Of a stretch of 58,497 nt of DNA, positions 1 to 10,900 are shown piece after piece; positions within the stretch are counted from its first letter, which is position 1, and each line of letters begins with the position of its first letter. Origin of the DNA: an uncultured Clostridium sp. (GTDB taxonomy: Bacteria > Bacillota > Clostridia > TANB77 > CAG-465); NCBI GenBank assembly GCA_905204915.1, contig CAJLBR010000001.1, forward strand, positions 1 to 58,497, given 5' to 3'. The notes beneath the pieces are model-generated. The model saw only the letters and a list, made by a program, of their open reading frames with translations, made no database searches and was not told the DNA's origin. Position numbers and translations under genes: made by a program.

Positions 1-487
1 ACACGTCTGTTAACTTTCCTTCAAATATGATATCACCACCACTATAGACAAAATTTACTTTTCCACTTACTCTCGCATCCCAATAACTTCTTGCAACCTT
101 TAAAGCTTCATTTGCATATGCCCCAGTCCAAATTGGTTTTTCATATTTTACTTCAACTATTTTATCTGCCGTTCCTCGAACTCCAAATATATAATTTCCA
201 ACAGTTCTTCCTCTAGCAATATTTTCTGCTTTTAAATTACTATCTCCTTGCACTGTTATATTCCCATTTAAATAAACTCCTCCACTAATAACTTGATTAC
301 TAGTTGAAGGAGTTATTGTACTTCCTGCCTTAGATTTTATTGGTCCACTTATTGTCCCATTTTCGATATATGCCATTTTTTTTATTTCATCTGCAAAATT
401 ATTTCCAACAATAGTTTCTGTTGTCCCCTTAACACTTCTAATGGCATTTGCTACTTCTTTTAATTTCTCTTTTATTTGTATTATCAT
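1..487 (-). CDS. hypothetical virion/tail-fibre-module protein (N-terminal part; runs off the window edge)
   Basis: ATG at 487-485 overlaps the upstream stop by 1 nt. The frame stays open to position 1 (MIIQIKEKLKEVANAIRSVKG...). Missing from the ORF track only because no stop lies in the window. Confidence 0.5.
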   Translation of the reverse strand, partial: MIIQIKEKLKEVANAIRSVKGTTETIVGNNFADEIKKMAYIENGTISGPIKSKAGSTITPSTSNQVISGGVYLNGNITVQGDSNLKAENIARGRTVGNYIFGVRGTADKIVEVKYEKPIWTGAYANEALKVARSYWDARVSGKVNFVYSGGDIIFEGKLTDV

Positions 488-1032
488 TAATATTCCTCTT
501 CCATAATTTTATTTATAGAATTATAGATTTCTATTAATGCATCTTCTGTATTTGTGGCATCAAAGATATTTGCAGCATCTTTTATTTTTAATTTAGTAGC
601 ATCAGGAAGTTTTTCATCTATTTCTGTTGAAATAAACGATTTCAGATTATTTTGAATATCTATTTTTAAAGCATTTATTTCTTGAGTAGTATAATAATCT
701 ACTCCCTTAGTTGGAGTTTTCCCGTCTTCTCCACTTTCACCTTTAGGAATACCAAAGGAAATAATAGGATTTTCCGCAGTTCCTTCAATTGTAGCATAAG
801 CACTTAAAGTTGGGCTTAAAGTTGTAACATTTCCTATTTTGATGTTTGGAGTAACACCATTATCTCCTTTTTTCCCATTCGTTCCGTCTTTTCCTTTGAG
901 TTCTACAAAAGTATAATCGGCATCTCCTTCTTGCTTAATTCCTAAAGCTGTTCCTTGCCACATGAAATATAAAGATTTTCCTGTTCCTTTATTTCCTACG
1001 TCTCTAGGGATAATATAAATTTTATCACTCAT
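487..1032 (-). CDS. collagen-like-repeat tail fibre protein
   Basis: ORF 487..1062 with G-X-Y runs (GKDGTNGKKGDNG, GESGEDGKT). Start moved to MSDKIYI, which is preceded by GGAG. Confidence 0.6.
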   Translation of the reverse strand: MSDKIYIIPRDVGNKGTGKSLYFMWQGTALGIKQEGDADYTFVELKGKDGTNGKKGDNGVTPNIKIGNVTTLSPTLSAYATIEGTAENPIISFGIPKGESGEDGKTPTKGVDYYTTQEINALKIDIQNNLKSFISTEIDEKLPDATKLKIKDAANIFDATNTEDALIEIYNSINKIMEEEY

Positions 1033-1043
1033 AATATCACTCC

Positions 1044-1859
1044 CTAATATTTTATAATCCAATCTCCAATATAATACAATTCTATTGCATAATAACCCTT
1101 TTCCAATTTAATCGTATTTATTGAAGATGTTGATTTAAATGAAACTGCGACTGTTTGCAAACAGTTTAAAAACAATATAAACTTACTATTATATGTTGCA
1201 CTCGGTAATTTTATAGTAACTTCATTCTCAACTTCTGCTTGTTGGTATTTTGAATTATCTAAAGTAATAACTCCGTCCACGATTGTCTTTACAGATATTT
1301 TATTATCAAATAACATATCAAAAGCATTTTCGTATTGATTTAATTTTTCACTAGAGATAACATTTTTATCTCCCCATGTTTTCTTATTGAAAGTGCCATC
1401 ATTATTTAAAACACTCATATTTGAGCTATTACCACTCGAGTAGGCACTATTGGATAAACTATTGTCAACTTTGTCAGAACTGCCTACATTCTTTCCTAGA
1501 GGTTCTGATACATAAAATTGATTATGTATAATCGGAATACTAATTTTTGAATCCTCACTATCAAATAAAGAAAATTGAAAAGAATATCCTCCAACTTCAA
1601 TACTTTCATCTATTATGTCTTCAGATATTTTTACAACAATTTCTCCTTCTTCAATTGTTGGATTTAAAAAAACTGTGTCCATATTTGGTTTCAATAAAGT
1701 CATTTCAACTTTTGTAAAATTAGTTTTACTTTTAAAACCAAATTTATCTATATTAAAAATCAAAGAGACATCTTTATCTCCTCTAGTTAATAAGATATCT
1801 TTATCTAATGTTGCACTTGCTCCACTGATTCTTACTTCATATCTATTATAAATTGCCAT
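1044..1859 (-). CDS. hypothetical tail fibre/baseplate-module protein
   Basis: 271-aa ORF, tightly packed in the tail module; no recognisable motif. Confidence 0.5.
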   Translation of the reverse strand: MAIYNRYEVRISGASATLDKDILLTRGDKDVSLIFNIDKFGFKSKTNFTKVEMTLLKPNMDTVFLNPTIEEGEIVVKISEDIIDESIEVGGYSFQFSLFDSEDSKISIPIIHNQFYVSEPLGKNVGSSDKVDNSLSNSAYSSGNSSNMSVLNNDGTFNKKTWGDKNVISSEKLNQYENAFDMLFDNKISVKTIVDGVITLDNSKYQQAEVENEVTIKLPSATYNSKFILFLNCLQTVAVSFKSTSSINTIKLEKGYYAIELYYIGDWIIKY

Positions 1860-1868
1860 ATTTCCACC

Positions 1869-2276
1869 TTACTTTCCTACACAGAATAAATAAATTGTAA
1901 CTGTTCCCGACAAATTCTTTCCAGTTATATGTCTCATTCCAAGTCTTATCTTTGAATTTGAGCGAGGATATGCTACTGTATTTAAGCAATAACAGTCGTT
2001 TCCAGTTGTATTTCCACTAGCTACTGCTGTTATGCAAACTTCTGAAAAAGGTTTTGGAAGGTCTATATCTTTAACAAAGTAATAATTATCTTTTGGAGCA
2101 TCTAGCATTACTTGAACTCCTTGCATAACAAGTCCTCCAGGTAATTCTCTATAAAAAGTTGTAGTTGTTAATTCATTTTTATCTGACTGTACATATAATG
2201 AATTTTCATTAATTCCAGAGTTACTAAAATCACAGACAGTAACCCAATCTCCATTTACTAATACTTTCATTAACAT
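1869..2276 (-). CDS. hypothetical tail-module protein
   Basis: 135-aa ORF, co-oriented and tightly spaced. Confidence 0.5.
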   Translation of the reverse strand: MLMKVLVNGDWVTVCDFSNSGINENSLYVQSDKNELTTTTFYRELPGGLVMQGVQVMLDAPKDNYYFVKDIDLPKPFSEVCITAVASGNTTGNDCYCLNTVAYPRSNSKIRLGMRHITGKNLSGTVTIYLFCVGK

Positions 2277-2285
2277 CTATATCAC

Positions 2286-4082
2286 CTAAAATCCATTTTT
2301 CTTTTCTGCTTTTATTAATGAAGGATAATCAACATAGCATATGTTACTATCAACTGATTCATTCATTCCCATAAACTTACTAGAGCCATTTTGCCATACT
2401 TTAACATCTGATTTAGTCCAGCCATGAGAATCTGCATTCCATTTAGCTAACCATAAATCTCTTTTTGATACATCATTGAAATTTACATAGTTATTTAACC
2501 AGTCAACATTACTGTATATTCCTGTTTTATATCCTGCCGATTCTAACATATCGCAAAATGTATTCATATAATTTGTTAGAGTTGATTTTCCTGGATTCTT
2601 TGAAACGTAATTTCCTGCACTATTTTTACTTGTTTTTAATGAATCATATTCTTGGTCAAAGAATATAGGCAATTCAAAAGTAGCAGGATATTTAGCTAAT
2701 TGTTCTATAACCCAGTTTGCCTCTGCTTTAAGCTTAGTAAGAGATGCTGCATAACTAAAGAAGTATACTCCCATTGGTATGTCATATTTTTTACAAGCTT
2801 CAACATTATTTTTAAATTGTTCATCTATAACTCCACCATTATGACTTCTGCTACCATATCCAATACGAATAATGGCAAATTTAACTTCTTCTCCTTCTTT
2901 AACTTTTTTCCAATCTATTGTTCCATTATGTCTCGAAACATCTATTCCTTTGCATTTAGAAGGGAATCTAGTTATTTCATTAACTCCAACTGGGTTTCCA
3001 TCGGAATCTAATTGTATTGTAGATTTTTGAACATATTTATCTGCTCCGTTTATATATCCTTCTTTGCCGTTATAATAAATTTTTATCCATGTTGTATTAT
3101 CATATTCTTCTAATATAAGTACTTTTGTACCGTCATATACATATCCTATTTTAGAATTAGTAGTTCCTGTCCCACTTCTTACATTTAATCCTATACCTTC
3201 ATTTATTGTTGCGACTTTAGCAGAATCGCTAACTACAACTCCAATAATACCTTTTCCCGTACATGTATTAAGTTTATTTTTTTCTGTTTCATTCTTACAA
3301 CAAATACCAATAATTGGTTTTGTTTGAGAAACTTGTCCCATAAGAGCAGTATCTGGAAGAATTTCATTAATTAAGAATGTCTTTCCGTCTAGCTCTGTAC
3401 TTGTACCAAAAATTTTAACTGATTTTCCTAGCAATGAAGCATCACAAGCAGAACAATACAGTTTGTCAGGATATCCTTCTGTTGTTGTATCGTCAACATT
3501 TTCATTATAATAAGGAACAAACATACAATCTTTTTGTTGCCCTACTACTATACTAGTACTAGGAGTAGGCTCTGGAGTTGGGATAGGATTTGGTTTATCT
3601 GTATTTCCACTATCGTCAGGATTTTCGTGTTTATCCATTACAAACCATAGTTTATATTTTCCGTCATTAGGTAAATCTGAACCTATAAATATTTCTTCTG
3701 GAGTAAAATATTTCATCATATATGAAAGCTTTTCTCCTAATGAACCAAAATCATCATGTTCTCCGTCTCCACTTCTAGCATTAAGCATCTCTGCTTTAAG
3801 TATGTCTACTAATTTTTCCATATCAGTAGTTTCTTCTAATAAGCTTTCTATTTTAACAACCTCATAACTAGGAGTGATTGTTGTGTCTGTTTCTGTAAAA
3901 TCCTTCATGATTATGCATTCTTTTTCTTTATCGTATGCAGGAGGATTTTCTATAACTTCTTTATATCCATATGATTTTAATAATGTTTCATTTTCATCAA
4001 AGTTTACAATTAAGCTGCCATCGTCTAATTTTAAATTATGAGGAGCAACTTCTAGTTTCCCATTTACTACTTTTCCAAACAT
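2286..4082 (-). CDS. lysin: GH25 muramidase + SH3-like domain with about 360-aa N-terminal extension
   Basis: C-terminal GIDVSRHNGTIDWKKVK...FAIIRIGYG resembles the GH25 signature. GLNVRSGTGTTNSKIGYVYDGTKV...WIKIYY is SH3_3-like. Pro/Thr linker PNPIPTPEPTPS. Confidence 0.7.
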   Translation of the reverse strand: MFGKVVNGKLEVAPHNLKLDDGSLIVNFDENETLLKSYGYKEVIENPPAYDKEKECIIMKDFTETDTTITPSYEVVKIESLLEETTDMEKLVDILKAEMLNARSGDGEHDDFGSLGEKLSYMMKYFTPEEIFIGSDLPNDGKYKLWFVMDKHENPDDSGNTDKPNPIPTPEPTPSTSIVVGQQKDCMFVPYYNENVDDTTTEGYPDKLYCSACDASLLGKSVKIFGTSTELDGKTFLINEILPDTALMGQVSQTKPIIGICCKNETEKNKLNTCTGKGIIGVVVSDSAKVATINEGIGLNVRSGTGTTNSKIGYVYDGTKVLILEEYDNTTWIKIYYNGKEGYINGADKYVQKSTIQLDSDGNPVGVNEITRFPSKCKGIDVSRHNGTIDWKKVKEGEEVKFAIIRIGYGSRSHNGGVIDEQFKNNVEACKKYDIPMGVYFFSYAASLTKLKAEANWVIEQLAKYPATFELPIFFDQEYDSLKTSKNSAGNYVSKNPGKSTLTNYMNTFCDMLESAGYKTGIYSNVDWLNNYVNFNDVSKRDLWLAKWNADSHGWTKSDVKVWQNGSSKFMGMNESVDSNICYVDYPSLIKAEKKNGF

Positions 4083-4093
4083 ATTTTCTCTCC

Positions 4094-5233
4094 TTATCCT
4101 TTATAGATTTCTGCTTTTGCATACCATTTTCCATTTGTATATGTAAAGTTTATTTCAAGTAAACCATCATTATCTACGTTTGGTTCATTTAACCAGATTA
4201 CTTTTGGAAATGTCATAGTTGTGCTACTAAGAACATTTAAATATAAAGTTATTTTACTAAATGTTTCTATACTTGGTAATGCAATAGTAGTTGCTGCTGA
4301 CAATGTCGATAATTGATTTCTATCTTCTGTAAGTGTTAATACATCATCAACAGGAGTTATTACCTTTACTTCTTCTCCTAAAGGAATAATTTTCTTTGTT
4401 GTTCTATCATATTTATATAATTTAAAAACTTCTTCATTAAAACATCTAACAACTTTTAAGTATTTTTCAGATGCATAAGTTACATATAAATAATTTTTAC
4501 CTTCTAATTCATAAGGAACTCCTTCATTAAAATCTTGAATACTTCCTTCTATTAGGTAAGTTCCTTTCTTTAAGTCTTCAATTACAATAGGGAAATCATC
4601 TGTTCCTACTTTAATAATATATCCTTTCGATTTGTCTAATTCTTTTAATTTCTTATCTGTTTCTATTTTATGGTTTATAAGGTCATAGATAGCTTGTTCT
4701 ATTTGATTTAATTTAGAATCTGTTATAATATCTCCTGCTACCCATATCTTTAAATTATAAGTTCCATCTGCATTATAGATTGGAATTTCTTTTCCTAATT
4801 TAAATATTTTGCAATTATCTACTTCACTTGCATTAACTTCTCCTAATGCTAAAGTTTTTTCAGAGACTGGACTTTCTTCATATGTCATAGGAAATGGGGG
4901 CAATATAGTTGAAATACCTCTATCGTTATAAAGTCGAATATATACATTGTATTTTCCGAAATTAGACATATTCCCAATTATTTCATTTGTCAGAGTAAAT
5001 AAAACTCTGTTTTCAACAACTGGAGTTATATCCCCAACTATTTCGTTTCCAAACATATCAATAAGAACTATATCACTATATATATATTTATGTTTAGAAA
5101 TCTTTAAAGAAGGACTGTCAATAATCTTAAATAAAATATCAATACCTTTTTCATGTTGTGAAATGAATAATTGTTCACTTAACAAGCTTTCTTTATTTTG
5201 TATAGTTAGAACATATTCTTTTTCTAAAGACAT
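4094..5233 (-). CDS. hypothetical tail fibre/receptor-binding-module protein
   Basis: 379-aa ORF in the fibre module. Confidence 0.5.
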   Translation of the reverse strand: MSLEKEYVLTIQNKESLLSEQLFISQHEKGIDILFKIIDSPSLKISKHKYIYSDIVLIDMFGNEIVGDITPVVENRVLFTLTNEIIGNMSNFGKYNVYIRLYNDRGISTILPPFPMTYEESPVSEKTLALGEVNASEVDNCKIFKLGKEIPIYNADGTYNLKIWVAGDIITDSKLNQIEQAIYDLINHKIETDKKLKELDKSKGYIIKVGTDDFPIVIEDLKKGTYLIEGSIQDFNEGVPYELEGKNYLYVTYASEKYLKVVRCFNEEVFKLYKYDRTTKKIIPLGEEVKVITPVDDVLTLTEDRNQLSTLSAATTIALPSIETFSKITLYLNVLSSTTMTFPKVIWLNEPNVDNDGLLEINFTYTNGKWYAKAEIYKG

Positions 5234-5241
5234 TTTTTCAC

Positions 5242-6765
5242 CTAACTTTCTAATTTACTTACTCTTTCTGCCAATGCTTTGTATTCATTAGACAGAGTAG
5301 TGTAATTATTATTTAATGTTTCATATTTTTTATTTAGTGATTCATATTTGGTTTTTAAGTCATCTACTTGTTTTTGAAGGTCTTCTTTGATTTGCTTAAG
5401 GGCGGTTTCATTTGTTGTATTACTGATTTGATTTATACAACTGACAAGTTTTGAATCAAGAACATTACAAGCACTTCTAAATTCTGTAAGGGTATAAGTA
5501 AGTCTATTTCCATCACTAGAATCTAATTCTAAGTCTTTAAGTCTATTTATTATAACATCTGCAAAATCATTATATCTTGCGATAAAATTTTCATAAGCTA
5601 CTTTAAGGTCTTTTTTTATGGTTTCCGTTGTATTCTTATTTGAATAATATGACTGATAAATTCCTGTAACTTTATCTGTATATTCTTTTAAGCTGACATT
5701 ATAACTTCTTAAGCTTGAATATTGTGCATTTGTAACTACTCCACTATTTCTTCTAACTTCATTTGTTATTGTTATTATTTTATTTATTGTTGATTTTATA
5801 GAATTAAAATAATAATGAACATCTTGTTTTTCATTATCTGAATCATTCAAGACGGATTCTTGTAATTCATTTAACTTTTCGATAGTATTATTCAGTCTCA
5901 CAGTTATGTTATAAACTTCATCTGAAATAGTTCCCCCAGAACCTAGAAACAACAGCGAATTGCAAGAATCTTTTAAATTAGATAGAGAATTTAGCATATC
6001 ATCTATACATATACTTACAATAGAAATATCAGAAGGAGTTACATCTTCATTTTTAGATAAGACTAAATCATTGATATTTGTAACTAATTGTGCAACAAGT
6101 TGTTCTAAAACTGTTCTATATTGAGAAACGGCTATGATTCCATCTTCGTCTTTATCTATATTATCTTCTGTGCACACTAAGTCTGCCAAAGCATCTGCAC
6201 AAGCTAACACTCTGGTTGATTGGGTTTCTATATCTGTTGTTTTGGCATTTATGTCTGTTTTTTCAGAATCTATAAGCTTATTATCTTCAACATATGTATC
6301 TAATGTATTATTTAATGTAATAAGCTGAGAATTATAATTTATAATTAAAGTGTTTAATTCTTCTTTTATCTCTGAAAAACTTTTGTCTTGTTTATATTCA
6401 TCTGAAAGTTCTTGAGTTTTAGTAGTTATTTCTGTAAGCTTTTGTTGATATGCCTCATTTTTATTGTTAAGAAGTTGAATCTTTTTTGTAATAACTTTTG
6501 AATTATATCCATCGAAAGTTAAAGTAATTTCTTCTGGGTTTATTTTTATAGCATTTCCGCTATTGTTTTTAATTATAAAAAATAATTTTTCTTTGATTTG
6601 TCTTGTATCTGTACAGAATAAATTTGAAGGATTTGATAAATCCCAATAAATATATTTTTTATCTGTATAGATATTATTTATTACATAAGCTTTATTATCA
6701 TATGTAATGACTAAATTTTGTATATATATAAATCCCATATTGGGAATATTATCTAACAGAGCCAT
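5242..6765 (-). CDS. coiled-coil structural (fibre-like) protein
   Basis: 507-aa ORF, heptad-rich and Asn/Leu/Glu-rich. Confidence 0.5.
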   Translation of the reverse strand: MALLDNIPNMGFIYIQNLVITYDNKAYVINNIYTDKKYIYWDLSNPSNLFCTDTRQIKEKLFFIIKNNSGNAIKINPEEITLTFDGYNSKVITKKIQLLNNKNEAYQQKLTEITTKTQELSDEYKQDKSFSEIKEELNTLIINYNSQLITLNNTLDTYVEDNKLIDSEKTDINAKTTDIETQSTRVLACADALADLVCTEDNIDKDEDGIIAVSQYRTVLEQLVAQLVTNINDLVLSKNEDVTPSDISIVSICIDDMLNSLSNLKDSCNSLLFLGSGGTISDEVYNITVRLNNTIEKLNELQESVLNDSDNEKQDVHYYFNSIKSTINKIITITNEVRRNSGVVTNAQYSSLRSYNVSLKEYTDKVTGIYQSYYSNKNTTETIKKDLKVAYENFIARYNDFADVIINRLKDLELDSSDGNRLTYTLTEFRSACNVLDSKLVSCINQISNTTNETALKQIKEDLQKQVDDLKTKYESLNKKYETLNNNYTTLSNEYKALAERVSKLES

Positions 6766-6944
6766 ATTAAGCCTCCTTTAAGTTTGTGTAAATAGGTCTA
6801 CCCCCTCCGTACATATTCATAGGAGTTGAAGGGGGTAGACTTGTTATTATAGGTAAGAATTTTATATCTAAAATAATGTTTTAAATAGTCTAAAAAACCC
6901 CTCATATAAGGCTATTTTTTTATAAAAAACCCCTTGTATTGAAT

Positions 6945-7853
6945 TTAAGTTAATAATTTTAAGAACATTTCTTCTTTTATACTTAAATTTTTCCCTTTCC
7001 AAATTACATCAGGATTAACTACAAAGAAATCCTTTTGCCCATCTCTTGTTTCTAAATTAACTCTAGTGAACAAATAATAATTTTTTCCATTTCTTTCAAC
7101 ATTAAAAGACAATAATTTCTTTTTAAAAGTAGTTAGAGATTTCGAATTGGTGTCTAATCCTAACATTTCACAAATGTCTTTTAAAGAAAGTTTTTCTAAT
7201 AAATTAATATCTTTTTCTCTTGGGTTTCTACATAAGGCATTTGTATTATAGTGTAAATATGGGATTAACTGAAATACATATGCTAAATTCTTATGTTGAG
7301 AAGTCTTTGAATTTAAATATAGTTCTCGTGTCGTATTAATAAATATTCTTGCATATTCTTTTCTATTAAAAGGACAAGTTCCTTTTGAAAAATACTTTGG
7401 AGATAAATAATATTTTTTATCAACACAATACAATAAATCTTTTTCTTTAGTTTCCTTTAAGAAATTATTAAATGTACCATCTTTAAGTTTTAACAATGTT
7501 TTTAAATCTTTTCTTGTTAAATATTCTAATTTATAATTCTTACCATGCTTTACTAACACATTTTCTTCCCCACTGTTATAATCAATATATGTTGCTAAAT
7601 ATACAAGTCTTGTAATTGTGGGAAGTTTTAAATTTAATTCATTGAATAGTAATTCATTTTTAACATAGCTAATATGTATAAAACCACCTAATCTTTTACA
7701 ATCTGTTTTTAACTCACTCTTTTGATTAATTGTTTCAAGTTGGTTTGGTGTTAATTTAGGAATCACTTTTATTGTTTCATTTGTTTTTATAAAATCTATT
7801 ACTTTTTGATTCCCATTTTCGTCTTCTTCAATAATTCTTTTGTATTTTGTCAT
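6945..7853 (-). CDS. putative DNA-binding / replication-initiator-like protein, paralog A
   Basis: Full-length similarity by eye to ORF 49870..50784 (YKR..., TIKVI..LTP.Q...INQK..LK..CK.LGG, LYLATYIDYN..EENVLVKHGK). Start placed at MTKYKRII after AAAGGAGAAGG. Confidence 0.55.
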   Translation of the reverse strand: MTKYKRIIEEDENGNQKVIDFIKTNETIKVIPKLTPNQLETINQKSELKTDCKRLGGFIHISYVKNELLFNELNLKLPTITRLVYLATYIDYNSGEENVLVKHGKNYKLEYLTRKDLKTLLKLKDGTFNNFLKETKEKDLLYCVDKKYYLSPKYFSKGTCPFNRKEYARIFINTTRELYLNSKTSQHKNLAYVFQLIPYLHYNTNALCRNPREKDINLLEKLSLKDICEMLGLDTNSKSLTTFKKKLLSFNVERNGKNYYLFTRVNLETRDGQKDFFVVNPDVIWKGKNLSIKEEMFLKLLT

Positions 7854-7907
7854 ATTCCTTCTCCTTTCATATATAATAATAGTCATTTTTGTAAAAAAGG
7901 AGACAAA

Positions 7908-10900
7908 TTATGAATTTAATATACTCCAATATTTAGAGCTTCTTATATCTTTATCATCTGATTTAAATTTTGTAAAGTTAATTAAAACTCCTCCTCCTGA
8001 TATGTAATATTTAAATGCCGTTTTATAAGCCGATAAACTTCCATGATTATATGCCCATTTATAACTTTGAGTAAATGACCAACTCGTTCCATATCCTGAA
8101 CCCCATGATAAAACATATATATCACTTCTAATAGGATTTCCAAAAATCTTTTCTGCATTAGAGTCAGAATAAGTTGACATATATATATCCATATCTGACA
8201 TTCCAACCCCACAATCGTTGACTGTAAATATTCCGTTACAAGTTACAGATTTTCCATGTCCATCGACAATTTTTTTCCCTTTTAATTTTGGTACATATAC
8301 TTTCGTACCGTAAGGAACATTTAGCATTCCACAAGTTTTTCCGAGGCTTAATGGAATACTACAACCACTAGAACCGTCTCCACCATAACTCGTACATCTT
8401 GCATTTTGGAATCTATAAATATAACTCTTGCCATCAATTGTTCCTGTTTCATTAAAACAATTCTTATATTGTTCTTTAGAATCCCCTTTTGTATCATCGC
8501 TTGGAATATCACTTATCTTTTTATCTGCTTTAATTAATTCTTCTAATCTAAAGAAAAACCATTGAGAATTTGTCTTTCTTTTTCTTTTTTGAATTCCTGA
8601 TGAATACCCTATTGCTTCTGCAATATACCCATCTCCCATATATATAGCAGTATGGTGAGTATCACAGGTAAACATATTATTCTTTGTTAATTTAACATCG
8701 TCATTTGCAAACATAACAATATCTCCAGGTAATGCATTTTCAAATTTTGTATCTACATATCTCCAAGCTTTAGCATTATGTTCCTTAGCCGCATCTTGAA
8801 TTGTTCCTCCAGCACATGATAGTCCTTTCATGAAATCAAGTCCTGCTGCTTGATAACAACAACCTACAAAGGAACTACAATCAAATCCCCATTTCCCAAC
8901 TCCTGGTTGTTTATATGTTTTCTTTTTCTTTTGAGAACGAATAGTTTCATAAGAACTTTTGATAACTTGTTTTTTATTATAGTCGACAGTTCTATTGTAT
9001 TGAGAATACCAAGCCTTACCATCAATACATAACTGGACAATTTCTTCTGCTCTAGCTACGATTTTTTGTCTCATTACACTTAATTTACCGTTTTCATCAT
9101 CTTCTATTGGGTCTTTTGGTTCTTCTGATACTTTATTTAAAACATCTAAGACATAACTATTTATATTATTTCTTAAAATCTTATATCCATTTTCAGTAAG
9201 TAAATATCCGTTTCTTGAATATGTAGTATTTAACAATTTATCAATTACTAATCCTGCTGAAACATTAACTGTTTTAATTGATTTTTCAGTACAATATTTT
9301 TCAATTTCGTCATTAAAATTAACTATATTTGAATTGGTTGTAATATAGTCATATATATCATTTTTATAAGTTATTGCGACAGGCAATTCTTTTATGACTA
9401 TAATGTCTTTAGAAGGATATTTAATAAGCAATTTATCTAATAAAGATTTATAATATAAAATTCCTAAACTTGTTAAATCATTTATTCCTAGCATTGTGAG
9501 AACACAAGTTGGGTTAGAAGGGAATGTATCTATAATATTGTGTTCAGAAAAGTAATTTGCATTAATTTTACTTTTGGCATATACACTTAAATCATCTAAG
9601 AAATGACTTTCTTTCATGTGTTCTATTCTATCGTCTCCAATAAGAAGAGAGCCTTTTATGTTCTCGTATTTTAAAGAAACTTCCTTTTGAGTTACAACAA
9701 CTAAACAGCTAGCTACTATTTTTGTATTTTCAGTTGAAACAACATTTATTTTACAAGTTCCATTTGAAACTCCTGTAACAAGTCCTTCCGAGCTGACTGT
9801 GGCTATCTTAGTATCTGTTGAATAATAAGATAAGTTTTGATTTGTGGCATTTGTAGGAACAACACTTGCCACAAGATAACGAGTTTCATTTTTATCTAAT
9901 AGTAAATCTTTTGTATCTAATCTTATTCCAGTAACTTGAACATCTTTAGTTTCGTCATAATCTCCAACAGTAACAATACATGAGGCAGACTTATTAAATT
10001 CTTTTGAAACAGCACTTATAACACATTTTCCATAATCTAAGCCTGTTACTTTTCCTCCTTCGACAATGGCAACTCTTTCATTACTAGACATCCAAAATAC
10101 TTCATCAAGTTCAGGATTTGGAGGGACTATTGTCGCAGTAAGAGTATAAGATTCATCTGAATCTAAATTTAATTCTGTTTTATCTAATGTAATACTTCTA
10201 ATGTATTTTGTATCCGTAAGTTCTGGGGGATTTTTTGCCACATCTAAATCTATATCTGAAATTAAATCTGTACTTACTTTATTGTATTTTTGATTATTCC
10301 ATAACCATTTATTTGTATTTATAATTTTTTTATTATTCTTTGCCTCTCTTAAAACATCTGAAATAAGCTTAGAGCTATCTTTATTTGTTTTCTTATTTGA
10401 AAAAGTTAAACTTAATGAATTATCTTTATAGTTTTTTTGCCAACCAACTAAATATAAATAAGTTTCAACTTTTGTTTCTTTATCATATAAGGCAACTATA
10501 TCTCCTAATCCTATTCTTCCATTCCAATTTCTTCTAAATCTATTCTCTATTAATCTATTTGTGAAATCTATTGAATCAATTGTAAATTCTGTTGTAGGAC
10601 GGCTTTTGAGCTTTAATTGTTGTCTACCTGTTTTTATAAGTTCATTTGCATCAATAAATGAATCATCTGAATAAGTATCACAATAGACATACTCTTTTAA
10701 TTCATTTAACAAATCTTGTGTAAATAATAAATTTCCTTTTTCATCTGTAGAAGTTTCTCTTCTTAAAAGTATATTTAATTTATCTATGTCATTAGATAGA
10801 TTACTGTATTCTAGTTCTAATTGAGCTATTTCTACTGATAATTGAGCCTGTTCATCTTTAAGTATTTGTATCTGATTTTCATAAGAGGTAAAATCATAAG

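Noticed and set aside
6766-6944. A further group I intron in the spacer carrying CCCCTCATATAAGG, which resembles the intron hairpin CCTCATATGAGG.
   Set aside because: The spacer is only 179 nt, the flanking ORFs are complete with their own starts and stops, and no P7/P8 core or 3' module is present.
7982-8212. Nested minus-strand ORF (76 aa) inside the tail lysin gene; likewise 17146..17370 inside the TMP.
   Set aside because: Both are alternative frames of long, clearly coding genes with no independent start signals.
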